Shown: positions 1 to 10,875 of the stretch, piece after piece
How the letters are laid out: each line of letters starts with the position of its first letter
How positions within the stretch are numbered: the stretch's first letter is position 1
Virus record (IMG/VR): IMGVR_UViG_3300028833_000053
Length of the DNA stretch: 64,000 bases
Source of the DNA: a virus
Taxonomy: Duplodnaviria > Caudoviricetes
Reading direction: 5' to 3' (one strand)
The notes under the pieces: model-generated
What the model saw: the letters and a program-made list of their open reading frames with translations, nothing else
Databases searched by the model: none
Told to the model about the DNA's origin: nothing
Translations under genes and position numbers: made by a program

Positions 1-533
1 ATATGGGAGATGTTCACCCAATCCTGGGGCGAAACGCGGAACTGAACATTCGTGGAATATCCACCCCGCTGAGTTTCATCATAGATCTTCTTGTTGATTG
101 CCCTGATGTAATTCACAATGGACTTGTCCTCGTTCTTTGAAGACTGGTAGAAACACTTTCTTGCGTCAATGTTCAAGTTGTAGCAAGCCTCAACAAACTT
201 CTGTTGGTTCATTGCAATTGAGCAGGAATCGTTGATTCCCGTTTCCTGTGGATCATAATCATCCGCCTTGCAGCACTCGTCGGGCGTCTCACCATCCAAC
301 TCATCTGCCTTGCAATCACCCTCTGCGTCTTCCTTGACAAGAGCTTTCTCCAAGTTCTCCTTGCCATACCAAGGTTTGCCATCATCGCGCTGTTCCGGTG
401 GCGGAGGTGGTGGCATTGGAGGCTTTGCCCCATTCGCCATTGTCACGGCACCCGCAAGAGCCGCATCAATCTTGTCCTGGTCAAGTTCCACGGCCTTGCC
501 GTCCTTGTCCTACACTATTCTTCTTTTAGCCAT
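1..533 (-). CDS. hypothetical protein, partial (runs off window start; 1 in-frame TAG)
   Basis: ATG at 533 (MAKRRIV*DKDGKAVELD...), overlaps the stop of the upstream gene; open to position 1 if TAG is read through. Confidence 0.6.
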
Positions 534-819
534 TTTTGGTTTCCTTTTCCTTTATCAAATCCACGTCATATGTAAAATCCTCTTCCATAGGATCGTCATC
601 GTGCGCCGGCTTCCGATACATGGTATTCCAAGATTCAATGGCGAACCTTGGCTCGTATTCCGTCGGGCCCATCGCACCGCAACAACCACATTCCATCTGC
701 CAGATGTCGCGCACCTCGGTCTCGCCATCTTCGTACCGTATTTTCACTGTATGATATTTCAGCTTGTGGCCGTGGTGGCCGCAGAAGGGACATATCTTGA
801 CTTTAGATTCTGTTTTCAT
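526..819 (-). CDS. Lar-family restriction alleviation protein (Zn finger)
   Basis: CPFCG...CGCCGAMGP...AIESWN pattern typical of Lar_restr_allev. Confidence 0.7.
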   Translation of the reverse strand: MKTESKVKICPFCGHHGHKLKYHTVKIRYEDGETEVRDIWQMECGCCGAMGPTEYEPRFAIESWNTMYRKPAHDDDPMEEDFTYDVDLIKEKETKNG

Positions 820-827
820 ACATAGAA

Positions 828-2303
828 TTATACTTGAATGATGTCAGTGTTCTTAATCCCCCAAGGATAGCCAGACATTCCCTGTACGGCTTCACTGGTC
901 TTTCCGCTGAACACAACACTATTCAATTCACCACACCCCGCAAATGCGTTTTCCCCAATAGTTGCAACACTGGATGGAATAACCAACGTTGTAAGTCCCG
1001 TACAACCATAGAACGCCCTGTACCCAATGTTCGTCACGCTGGGTGGTATCGTTATGCTTGTAAGGGAACTGCAATTTTGGAACATCTGCGGACCAATTCC
1101 GGTAACGGTGTCTCCAAGCACAATGTCAATTGCCCTCAATATGTTTGGAATGGACGTATGCGTAAGTTCACCGGAAATGTCCCCCGTCCAATCGGGCAGT
1201 TTTGTTTGAAGAACATATTGGACAACGGTTGTTGCACTGGTAATTTCGGGCGTTGGATCATCACCACCACCTTCCTCGCCACCATCGTCATTGCCGTCTT
1301 CCGCCACCCATCTGTCATCCGGCTTCCACCACAACATTGAATTACCGTCGTTGAATGGAATCGTCAGCTTGAAATCGTATCTTTCATTTCCGGTGTTCAA
1401 CGCCCTCAAATACTCTTTCGTTCCATATTCCCACAAAATATGTTCGCAATCGGACAATGAAACCACGCCTGTTATGTCAAGTTCCCCATTCGTGTAGAGC
1501 TTCACCTTTATGTACTTCTCGGATGAACCGCCAATTGGCTTGAACAACTCGTAGAACACGTAATCCAAACGCCCAAAGGAATGCAGTTTGTTCATGGCAT
1601 CTATGTAGCGGTCATTCTTTCCAGAGTCCATGTAGTCGTCTGAATCAAACTCGTCAAGGTTCTTGTGAAAGTCAAGTTCGTGGTCTTTCACCATTCCCTG
1701 CAACATGTTTGCCAAATACTTTATGCGGGAATCTGCCAATGGGTTGTCTTGGTAATCGTCATCCCATTCATCAACTGATGCCATTCCAAGGTTGTCGGTC
1801 CAAGTCTTCGTCAAAATGTAGTCAACCCAATCCTAATCTGAATCCAAACTGCCAACGTTGTTGTCATGCTTCGAGATATACATCTGCATATTGTAGGATT
1901 CCTCGCCAACATCGTATTTTCCATCCAACCTTGCAATGTATTCCGTCATCCTTCCAAAATCACGGCGTCCCTCCCATATTTCATCGGCGGTAACTCCCAG
2001 GGCGTCCGCAACACGGTTTCTGTTGTCAAGAAGAAACTGCAACTTGTCTATGTTGTTCTTGAACATGACTTGTCCCTTGTCATATTCCCTGTACAATCCC
2101 CCACGATATTGTATCTGGCGTATTTGCTCGTTTCCAAGAATCTCACCACCCGTTATCTTGTTCAATGCCGTGGAGTATCTTTGGAACAAACGGGAAAGGA
2201 CGTAGTTGATTGACCGCATGTTCATGGACAACCCCGTAAGGGATTTGTTGAATTCCTCACGCGACTCTTCCTTCTTTTGCAATTCCTTTTCGCTCAGTGC
2301 CAT
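828..2303 (-). CDS. 491-aa protein with C-terminal BspA-type leucine-rich repeats (TAG readthrough at 1833)
   Basis: ORFs 1833-2303 and 828-1814 are in frame across a single TAG; C-terminal 'VTGIGPQMFQNCSSLTSITIPPSVTNIGYRAFYGCTGLT' is LRR_5-like; late motif at 2328. Confidence 0.75.
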
Positions 2304-2359
2304 AGTCTATATCCAATTTACATTTGGTATTTACCATTCTTCGTTTCCAATATAAAGCA

Positions 2360-2392
2360 AAGATGCGTGGAGTTGAATCCACGCATCTTCTG
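2360..2392. terminator. intrinsic terminator hairpin
   Basis: agatgcgtgga-gttgaa-tccacgcatct downstream of the lipoprotein gene. Confidence 0.6.
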
Positions 2393-2415
2393 TTTCATTG
2401 CTGTGTTCCAATTTG

Positions 2416-2946
2416 TTATGGGGTTGCAATGAACTTGCCGCCACGGCACTTCACGTTGCGCGTTGCGTATACAGCCTTTGCCCTCTGGCACTCTGGGCAG
2501 TCCTCTGGGAGGTTGAGCACCGACTGGCATCCCTTGCCAAACGCAGCCACAACCTTGCTGACCAGCTCGGCGTTTGCCTTGACCTTCTCGTTCGTTGCAA
2601 GGTAGGTGTCAATTCCATTGAGAATGACAACGGAACCCGCGTTGATGAGCGTCTTCTGGTAGTCGTTCAGCTTATCCTGCTTGAGGATGATTTCCTGAAC
2701 GGCGGGAAGAACGCTGTCAAGATAGGTCTTGCCCTCGCCAACCGCAACGGTCGCGGTTGTGACGTAGCCAACCACGTCCTTCAGCACGGCCTTCACCTGA
2801 GGATCTGGATTGTCGATGCTGAACCAAGTCAGCATGGCAATGGAACCCGCGGTGTTGGCTGCGCCAACCAGTGTGCTTTCAGAAGGGTCGCATCCCGTAA
2901 ACAACATGGAAAGGGCTGCGACCATGGTGATAATCATTTTCTTCAT
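2416..2946 (-). CDS. putative lipoprotein
   Basis: MKKMIITMVAALSMLFTG-C signal peptide with lipobox. Confidence 0.7.
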   Translation of the reverse strand: MKKMIITMVAALSMLFTGCDPSESTLVGAANTAGSIAMLTWFSIDNPDPQVKAVLKDVVGYVTTATVAVGEGKTYLDSVLPAVQEIILKQDKLNDYQKTLINAGSVVILNGIDTYLATNEKVKANAELVSKVVAAFGKGCQSVLNLPEDCPECQRAKAVYATRNVKCRGGKFIATP

Positions 2947-2985
2947 AGTTAGTTTTCCTTCTTTCCTTTGATAGTTCAATTATAC

Positions 2986-3014
2986 AAAAAAGCCAGACCC
3001 CTTGGGTCTGGCTG
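2986..3014 (-). terminator. intrinsic terminator
   Basis: aaaaagccagaccc-ctt-gggtctggct; U-tract on minus strand. Confidence 0.7.
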
Positions 3015-3036
3015 GTGTGATATGTGGCGCAATCAA

Positions 3037-3558
3037 TTACTCGTCGTCCTCATCTTCGTCATGGTCTTCGCCACACGAAAAATCATCGTCATCTTCCCTC
3101 TTGAAACCCTCGCGCTCTTCAAGGATGAACTCAAGCCCAATGTAGGGGTCGGGATCAGCAGCCCCCTCGGACTCATACACGGCGCGGAATCCACCAGTGG
3201 AGCATGTGGTTTCCTCCTGTACCGCGTCAATGAGCAGACGTTCCGCCTCGCGCTTCATTTCCTCAACGGTCGGAACCCCGAACTTCGTTCCAGCCCATTT
3301 CCAGTCCAAGTCCTCCATCACAGACTGAACCTTCTCGAAGTCGAACTGATCCATAATACTCTCGACCTTCTCGCGTTCAACCCTTGAAAGGGCATCGAGT
3401 CTGGAATATGGGGGAATGACCTGGACGGTCTCCCGCTTCCTTTGCTGCACAAGCGCGTTCTTGATTTCAAGCAGAGTGGATTCAAATGAATTCATCTTGT
3501 TCTCAAGCTCTTCAATCCTCTTTGAATTGTCTATCATGGTGGTTATCCTTTGTTCCAT
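3037..3558 (-). CDS. conserved phage hypothetical protein
   Basis: 173-aa ORF, IMDQFDFEKVQSVMEDLDWKW...TGGF motif, acidic tail, upstream TATAAT-like box. Confidence 0.65.
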   Translation of the reverse strand: MEQRITTMIDNSKRIEELENKMNSFESTLLEIKNALVQQRKRETVQVIPPYSRLDALSRVEREKVESIMDQFDFEKVQSVMEDLDWKWAGTKFGVPTVEEMKREAERLLIDAVQEETTCSTGGFRAVYESEGAADPDPYIGLEFILEEREGFKREDDDDFSCGEDHDEDEDDE

Positions 3559-3644
3559 TTGTTTAGTTTACCTACTTCATTATACAACAATTCACTGAAA
3601 TAGTAAATAGGTAAAAGAGAATTTTCTGAAACTTTGACACGACC

Positions 3645-4934
3645 ATGAATATTATGTTAAACGAAAAAGACGAAATGTCTGCAAGGGATGGAGGCACTTC
3701 CATATCCGACTGGGATTGGCAAGACGATTATGCTTTCCACAGGCATTGTCAAAAGACTGTATGTTCTGCAATTGGATATAGTGGAAACGGAAGAACGTGG
3801 AGCGTAATCTATCCAGGTACGGGCCCTTTGCCAAACTTGCAACGTTGCGTCAACGGCACAACCAGCCCAGAAACTTGGCAAAAATATTTCAATGTAAACG
3901 TGGAGAAGTCTGGCAAGAACAACATAACCTATGACTTGAGAGCCATTTTGGAATTGATAAACATGGTTGCGGGGAAATTGTTTGCCAGTCTCGGTCCATT
4001 CACGTTGACGTTCAAGGACGCCGAAGGAAACACCATCGCCTCCAAAGACCTGGACTTGATTAATGATCCATCCAGAGACTATGAATTTGGAGGGTTTGGG
4101 CGAAACGTCAAACTTAAAGTTGGTGGTGCGCTTGCCGCGTCATTCAACACAATGAAACCGGGGACGCTAATAGATGGACTTCCAGAGCAACTTGACTTGC
4201 CATTGCAGCCACTATCCATATCATTAGGTGAAATGTCGCCTTTTAACATAGTAAAAGTGGTAATGGAAAGCGGTGTTGCGGTTAAAATACCATACAATAC
4301 ATTGAGCTTTTCATTTGGGAACGCGGCGGCGTTCGCGTCAACAAACGTTGCGATGGCGGCGCCCGTGAAGTTACAAGTACCCTACAACAACGTGAATTTC
4401 CAGATGCTTGGTAAAACTTTCAATACCATAAAAGCGGCTACCGGACAAAATTGGAATATTACAGTTCCAAAAGATTACAACAGAATTACAACTTCCTATG
4501 GTACATCAGATCCTCAAGGTGGTGCTGGAACTATTACCCAATCTGGTGCAACATATATAGTCAGACCCCATGCCGGCGTTCATATATACAGAATATCGGC
4601 ATCCTCCAATTTCAATCTCAAGTTCAATCTAGCCAATTATCAATCCCGTTGGGATGTGTTTGGCCGAGATTTTGGTCAGCAAATTCTTGAATTTGAAGTG
4701 CATATACGCAATGCTTCTGCAAGTGTAATAACATTCGCAAACATTCATGGAACAACGCTTGCCAATTGGTTTACCAGATGGATAGATGCATCTGCTGCGG
4801 CAACAAACTTCACGTATTTGAACGATAAAGACACAATAGAAGCATATAACACTGCGGCCTATGTGTTTAGGATTGACACCTACCAAAGAAGCATGACATG
4901 GAGTTTGGCATATATTTGTCCTACATCAGGCTAA
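3645..4934 (+). CDS. putative virion structural/tail fibre protein
   Basis: 429-aa beta-rich ORF after late motif GTAAATA at 3603. Confidence 0.55.
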   Translation: MNIMLNEKDEMSARDGGTSISDWDWQDDYAFHRHCQKTVCSAIGYSGNGRTWSVIYPGTGPLPNLQRCVNGTTSPETWQKYFNVNVEKSGKNNITYDLRAILELINMVAGKLFASLGPFTLTFKDAEGNTIASKDLDLINDPSRDYEFGGFGRNVKLKVGGALAASFNTMKPGTLIDGLPEQLDLPLQPLSISLGEMSPFNIVKVVMESGVAVKIPYNTLSFSFGNAAAFASTNVAMAAPVKLQVPYNNVNFQMLGKTFNTIKAATGQNWNITVPKDYNRITTSYGTSDPQGGAGTITQSGATYIVRPHAGVHIYRISASSNFNLKFNLANYQSRWDVFGRDFGQQILEFEVHIRNASASVITFANIHGTTLANWFTRWIDASAAATNFTYLNDKDTIEAYNTAAYVFRIDTYQRSMTWSLAYICPTSG

Positions 4935-4946
4935 TGGAGATTCACA

Positions 4947-6929
4947 ATGATACCATACGGATAGAACCCACACGGACTTGAAGACAGGTTGTTGAGCTTT
5001 CATGTGTATACAGTTGAAAACGGCGTAGCAACTGAAGTGGCATCGGCATAGACCAAAAACCGCCTATATTGCCACGCGGTGTTTCCCGCTGAAATGCTGG
5101 CATATGGACCCGAATGGGCAATAGCGTATGCACCAACGGCAGAATCATACAACGTCCTTCAAAAATACGTGACAAGGGATGAAGAGTGGCGTGACAACCC
5201 CCAACAATATATGGTAATGGGAAACCAAGATTTTTACCTTGAAATGTTCTATAACTACGCCTATCCAGAATATGCCACTGTTGTCATATTGGACACGTCA
5301 GGAAGTATGAACAATCCCAGTTAGTATACATTCACCAGTCCAAACGTCAAAATTAAATTTGACTATGAACATGCAAAGAACATTGTGTCTGCTGCAATAA
5401 GTGAATATGCTTGCTTCAAAGTAGACTCCATAGACTCCAAAATAATGATTTATTCAGGAACGTACATATCAAACTTGACATCCAATCTTATCGGTTCTTT
5501 GGACTTGAATTCAGCAAATTGGGCAGATATAATGGGGAAAGTAAGTCCACTTATAAACAGTGTCCCCAAAATAGGGGGTACGGAATCCATGGTCACCTGT
5601 TTCTACCGGGCATTAATTGAACTACAGAATAGATGGCTTAAAGATTTGGAAATTGGTTCTGATGATCAAAAACTCAAAGGAATTACATTCATTGTCTTTT
5701 CGGATGAATCGTTGTTCGGAGACAGTGTTGTTAATAACTATTCCGATTTGGTTCATAAAGAATCTGGAAAAGACCCAACATTTCCATGGTTTTATGATTG
5801 GCAAAAAAGAGAGGGAGGCACAAACAATAGATTTCCACATAGTAATTACGACAGCAGAGAAGGAAAAAAAGATTTCATTAATGGCATAACAAATGCCTTA
5901 AAGCAAATGTCATATTACTATGGCGTAAACATCAACTGGGCGTTGGTTCGTGGACCGACAGTGTATACATATAGACATAAGGCAACAGGTATATACCCAG
6001 ACGGATATGATACGGACACATCAAATACTCTTGGGAATTTTGATCAAACCGATTGGACTATGTTTGGAAACAATGGCATTGGTGGGGCGCGACCAACTTT
6101 TAACTGTCTACCATTTATTCATGTAAATTCAAATTACGTTCCTGCGGGTGCCCCAGTGTCATATTAGTGGATTATGCCTGGGTCATATCATGTAAATTCG
6201 CTTTATATACCAATGTACAGAGTCATCGTTCAAACCCCAATTGGAGCAACAACGTCAATGAGCGTAATGACCTATGATGACCAATTTACCTCATATGCTA
6301 CAATGAAATCCAAATGGCATGCAATAAATCAAATTTCCGCGTCGGGAAGTTTTCCAGGATTTTCCCAATATTGTGCATTTAGATTTATGGACACCGTTTA
6401 TTCTGGAAACTACAACTTGAACACTGAAACCATTACACTTCCAACTGTCACCGGGGACGCTGGAGCAGTTTGGAAAATAATGTCCAGAACATCACCAAGG
6501 GCACTGGCACAGGGAACTACATATTAGTTGAATGTAAACGACACCGTTGACGGTGATACTTTCTGTTATAGATTCAGGTTGGCATATAAAATAAAACTTC
6601 ACTTGAACCGTGCAAATACGGTATGGACATCAGAGGTTGGAACACTTGATTGGGAAAATAACAGAACGGTGCTTGCAGAATGGGGTCAACCATTCCCGAC
6701 AATCCCGGGTGTAGCAGCATCGGATGGTGCAACCTTCAAAAACTGGATGATTTCGGGACTAGCACCATCCACAACTGAGGCCGGTTATACAAGTGACGCT
6801 TCGGGATACTGTCATTTGGCAGATGGAAAAGCCCAACTCACTACATATTGGTACAATATGCGCAGAAACATTGACCTATGGGCGCAATGGATTGAGCCTG
6901 CGCCACCACCTCCGCCACCTGCGGCTTAA
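4947..6929 (+). CDS. 660-aa vWA-domain virion protein (5 in-frame TAG)
   Basis: ATG 4947 with GGAGA RBS; ORFs 5079-5324, 5385-6167, 6174-6527 and 6528-6929 are in one frame separated only by TAG; MIDAS VILDTSGSM; C-terminal InlB-B/Flg_new-like 'TFKNW...DLWAQW'; ends TAA. Confidence 0.75.
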
Positions 6930-6943
6930 TAACATAAATAAAC

Positions 6944-6972
6944 AAAACGGGTTGATTGAATCAACCCGTTAA
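6944..6972. terminator. bidirectional terminator between convergent genes
   Basis: aacgggttgatt-g-aatcaacccgtt inverted repeat. Confidence 0.65.
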
Positions 6973-6999
6973 TGTTTTTGAAAGCAATTTCCAATTTAC

Positions 7000-7617
7000 T
7001 TACTTCTTTGCAGAAGTTTTCTTCTTGCCCTTGTAAACCTTCTCAACGGCTTCCTTCGCGGCCTTCTCTCCGGCCTCGTCAGCTTCCTTTGCCTTGGCAG
7101 CAGCGGCTTCCTTCTTCGCCTTTCTCTCGGCGCGGCGCTTGCGCTCCTGCTCCTTCTGGTCAAGCGAACCCGCAATGAGCTTGTTGATTTTCTCACCAAG
7201 ACCCTTGGACTTCAAGTAGCCGTTGTCGTCGATGTCATTCGCGTAAAGCCGCTTGACGATGGCGTAGATGAGTCCAGTTTCCTTGTTGAACGGGTCCTTC
7301 TCGCAAGCCTTGACGCAAACCTTGCTTCCATCCTTGAACGTGACAATCGTTGCAGGATCGTTGAAGATAATCTGATCGATGTCGTCAAGGATGTTGAGAC
7401 GTCCGATTCTGTCGGACTTGCACCCACTTCCGCCGCAAGTGCAGGTATTTACCGGCTTCACTGTTGAAATTGAGCAACGTCCACTTGCGGGGCTTCTGCT
7501 GACCGCCACACCGTTGCCATTCCTGGAAGCATGAATGAGATCGTCGAGCACTGCGTCAAATACGCCTAATGCCGCCAAAAATTCCGGGCTTCCACATTCG
7601 TTGTTATTGTATATCAT
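7000..7617 (-). CDS. conserved phage hypothetical protein
   Basis: IIFNDPATIVTFKDGSKVCVK...ETGLIYAIVKRL motif seen in many phage proteins; K/A-rich tail. Confidence 0.6.
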   Translation of the reverse strand: MIYNNNECGSPEFLAALGVFDAVLDDLIHASRNGNGVAVSRSPASGRCSISTVKPVNTCTCGGSGCKSDRIGRLNILDDIDQIIFNDPATIVTFKDGSKVCVKACEKDPFNKETGLIYAIVKRLYANDIDDNGYLKSKGLGEKINKLIAGSLDQKEQERKRRAERKAKKEAAAAKAKEADEAGEKAAKEAVEKVYKGKKKTSAKK

Positions 7618-7718
7618 GGTTATGTTTCCTTTTCTCTGTTAATTATATGGATGTCTACGCGCAATCCACAAACTGTCTTTGCTTTATTATACCACCATAG
7701 AGAATTTTGGTAAAGTCT

Positions 7719-8441
7719 TTAACCGTTTTCAGTGTCCTCTATGATTTCCTCGTCCTCTTCGTCAATTTCCTGCATCAGTTTCAGCATGTCTATTGCACCG
7801 CTTTCCACCATACCGGGCGGCACGTCCTTTGCGTTCGTGACATCCTCGGCTTCCGCGGGGGTTGAATGCTGGCTGTTCCACTTCTCCATGTCAAGTTGGT
7901 ATTTCCTCTCAAGGACTTCAAGCCTATGCTCTTGCTTCAACTGCTCCATCTTCACGTTGTCGAAGAACTTTATCCTTTGCTTGTAGAGCGAGGTGTATTC
8001 CGAAATCAACTGACGAGTCTCGCCAATCAAGGAAGCTGCGGCCGCAACGGTCTCCGCATCCAAGACATCGCAACTTGAAATGATGCCATAGACGTTCGCT
8101 ATCATCTGCTTCGTGGTGTCCACCAAGTCCTCTATGGACTTGAAAGCGTTTTCCACGTTTACAAGATTGTCTATGCGGACGCTGGCGGACCCGTTTCCAT
8201 CTTGGGAGTTCTGCTGGAGTTGGGTCTTGGCGTTGTCAATGACCTGGATGTTCTGTTGGAACTTCTCGTCGATTTCGTCAACCTTCGCCTTTGTCTCCTC
8301 AATGAGTTGCGTGGTCTGGTCAATGACGGACTGTGCGTCATCCACTGGGGAAGTCACTTCGTTCATGTAGTCGTCGAAGGACTGTCCTTCCTGGATTCCG
8401 AGAAGTTCGTTCAACCGGTCTTTGTTGATTTGCTCGGCCAT
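7719..8441 (-). CDS. coiled-coil protein, possible small terminase (gp16-like)
   Basis: 240-aa helical ORF coupled to the sigma stop; weak resemblance only. Confidence 0.35.
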   Translation of the reverse strand: MAEQINKDRLNELLGIQEGQSFDDYMNEVTSPVDDAQSVIDQTTQLIEETKAKVDEIDEKFQQNIQVIDNAKTQLQQNSQDGNGSASVRIDNLVNVENAFKSIEDLVDTTKQMIANVYGIISSCDVLDAETVAAAASLIGETRQLISEYTSLYKQRIKFFDNVKMEQLKQEHRLEVLERKYQLDMEKWNSQHSTPAEAEDVTNAKDVPPGMVESGAIDMLKLMQEIDEEDEEIIEDTENG

Positions 8442-8989
8442 CAGTCCTCGTCGTAGTTGTCTTTCTTTCCGCTGTTGATTTCGGCGATGATGGAGTCCTT
8501 TTGCCTGCGCAGGAACTTCGCATCCTGCTCCGTAATCTGCTCGGAGCCAATCATCGTCTTGAGGAAGTTCATATATGATTTGTCAATGTTTATTGAGGGC
8601 ATTTCCTCAACTGCGCGTTCAAGGTTTTCCTTCACCAGCTATCGCTTGAAGTTCAAGTCATTGTAGTAGTCCTTAAGATATGTCATTGCACATGACCAGC
8701 AAATCTATGTGAAGTACGCAAAGGGATTCGTGAACGCAAAGTTGTATTTTGGAAGCGCGTTTATGCATCGTATGCAGGATTGCCCTATGATGTCCTCTTT
8801 GATTTCCTTTGAATATCTAACGTAGTCTGGATGTCCCATGTAGTGAGTTGCAATGTCCAGAATCATCTTCCCAAGATATTCGGAGGGTTGGCGTTTGCTT
8901 TCGTCAGGATCGGAATCCCGCCACTTCTTCAGTTCTTCAAGCAAGTCCTTGTTGCTCACAAACGGCTTGCGTTTGGGGCGTGGATTCAA
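8441..8989 (-). CDS. T4 gp55-like sigma factor for late transcription, 182 aa (2 in-frame TAG at 8705 and 8639)
   Basis: VSNKDLLEELKKW...YLGKMILDIA...YVRYS..KEDII...NPFAYFT*ICW; ORFs 8705-8989 and 8441-8635 are in frame. Confidence 0.88.
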
Positions 8990-9195
8990 TTTCTCCTGCT
9001 CCGCCCTCTGTTTCTATCGCAAAAGAGATTTTGCTAGGTTCTTTTTCTGGAATTCCTCCAGTGATTCGCTTTTCCTTCTTGGCATTGTTTATGTTTCCTG
9101 TATTATGTGGGACATTGACATTATTTGAATGGTCAAATATTGTAAATAATTCCCTTAATACGCGCTTCTTGCTGACAATTATACAGGAAATTGAA

Positions 9196-9606
9196 TTAGA
9201 AAATGCTGCGCACCTTGTGCTGGGGCTTGGATTCGATGTACGTTTCGTCAATGGTTTGGGTTTGGTTCTTCGGCTCGTCTATGTTGTAGTCCGTCCTGTG
9301 CTTGACTTTCTTCGTCTGGGTCTTCACAACATTGAACCTTCTTGGCAACGTCAGCTTTGACAAATCGTGCTTCACACGGTATCTTGCAAGTTCATGTGCA
9401 GGGTTCACCTCCACTTTGCATACGCGCCTTTTTATCCTGTGGTTGAAGCGAATGGCGTTTACCAAGGTTTCCATGTTGGGAATGTCAACAGGCGTGTCGC
9501 CCTCGTTTTGCACAAGGCCGCCTTTATCGCCGCAAATGATTATGGTGACTCTATCAGAACTTGTTCTCGAAGTCTTGTTTCGCTTCTGCTTTCGCCTTTG
9601 CTTCAT
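9196..9606 (-). CDS. basic hypothetical protein
   Basis: K/R-rich ORF from ATG 9606, ends TAA. Confidence 0.5.
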   Translation of the reverse strand: MKQRRKQKRNKTSRTSSDRVTIIICGDKGGLVQNEGDTPVDIPNMETLVNAIRFNHRIKRRVCKVEVNPAHELARYRVKHDLSKLTLPRRFNVVKTQTKKVKHRTDYNIDEPKNQTQTIDETYIESKPQHKVRSIF

Positions 9607-10774
9607 TGTATTTCTTTCCCTCTTGAATTGCAAATTCCGCCCTTGTTTCCAAAAGTTCGGGATCCTCATCTGGATATTTCTACTTTAATGCCACTTCAAG
9701 TCTTTTCTACGCCAATTTGTCGTTTTTCCCCCACAAAGGACTGTTCAAGATTTCCGCTGCCATTTTGTCGTCATCGTCATAGTCGTTTTCGTCAAATTCC
9801 TCGTCCTCATCTTCTTCCTCATCGTCCTCGTCCTCTTCATCCTCATCTTCTTCGTCATAGTCCTCGTCATCGTAGTCATCATACCAATCATCATCCTCGT
9901 CCCACGGATATTCCTCATCCTCGTCATACTCATCATCTTCATCCCACGGATATTCATCATCGTCATACTCGTCATACTCATCGTCATAGTCATCATCATA
10001 GGGATCGTCGTAATCTTCTTCGTCCTCATCATCTTCGTAATCGTCATCTTCCCAATCATCTGGATCATACGGCTCTTCATCTTCCGTTGGCTGCTTTGCG
10101 CCCTCTTCCTTTGCAAAGTCCTGTGCAGCCTGGTCATCCGCCTTGCCGCAGTCATATGAGATATGCGTAAACGAACCCGTCAAGTCGAATTCCACGAAAC
10201 CCGTTCCGTCTTGAGTCAATTCAACGTCGCCAATTGAAGTTGGATGAAAGTTGTGTATTATCCAATGGTGATGCGTTGCGTCATCCGGTTTGTTCCTCAA
10301 CCTTATTTCCAAAATGTCCTCGTCAGGACTCAAGTTGTATTGGTTGCCGATTGTAGCCCTGGGGTCGCCGGCGACCAATGGATGACCCGTCTGCAAAACC
10401 ATGTTGCGCAAGTCGTAGTAGTGGAAACCCTCTTTGTCCGCAATGATGGTCATGGTAATATCCGTGTTCTCATACATAATGTGCGTGGGAATGGATATTG
10501 TGAACCCGGCATGTGAGAGTTCAAGGGTGTTTACTGAAACCCCGGGAATGGTCACGTTCTTGGCGAAGAATATGGTTCTCGGCCAACGGCTCCAAACAAG
10601 TTCGTACTTGCACTGGACTATGGGTTGGGACAAGTTGAAAGCGTCAAGGTACGTCTGGAGGTTGGGCTTTCCATCCTACCATCCAGGATATTTGGACTCC
10701 GACCCGCGTTCAACTTCGTTGTACTCAAGGTAGTCCTTTCTGCTGTATCCTTCGTCGTTTTCCTCTATTGCCAT
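9554..10774 (-). CDS. tail tube-like/baseplate-tube junction protein with long acidic tract, 406 aa (3 TAG)
   Basis: ATG 10774 in frame through TAG; 'NVTIPGVSVNT...FHPTSIGDVELT...VEFDLTGSF' resembles gp19/gp54/gp3 tube-fold proteins; ends TGA 9554. Confidence 0.65.
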
Positions 10775-10800
10775 GGTTTTCAACTCCCTTGTTTAATCGC

Positions 10801-10832
10801 AAAGGGATGGAGATTTTCTTCTCCATCCCTTC
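10801..10832. terminator. hairpin after tail tube gene
   Basis: aagggatggaga-ttttct-tctccatccctt. Confidence 0.55.
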
Positions 10833-10875
10833 ACCATTGCAAACCAAAAGAATGGCTATCTCAATGAACGCCAGA

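Noticed and set aside
9142-9148. Plus-strand GTAAATA as a late promoter
   Set aside because: No credible plus-strand gene follows; may be chance in AT-rich DNA or an antisense promoter
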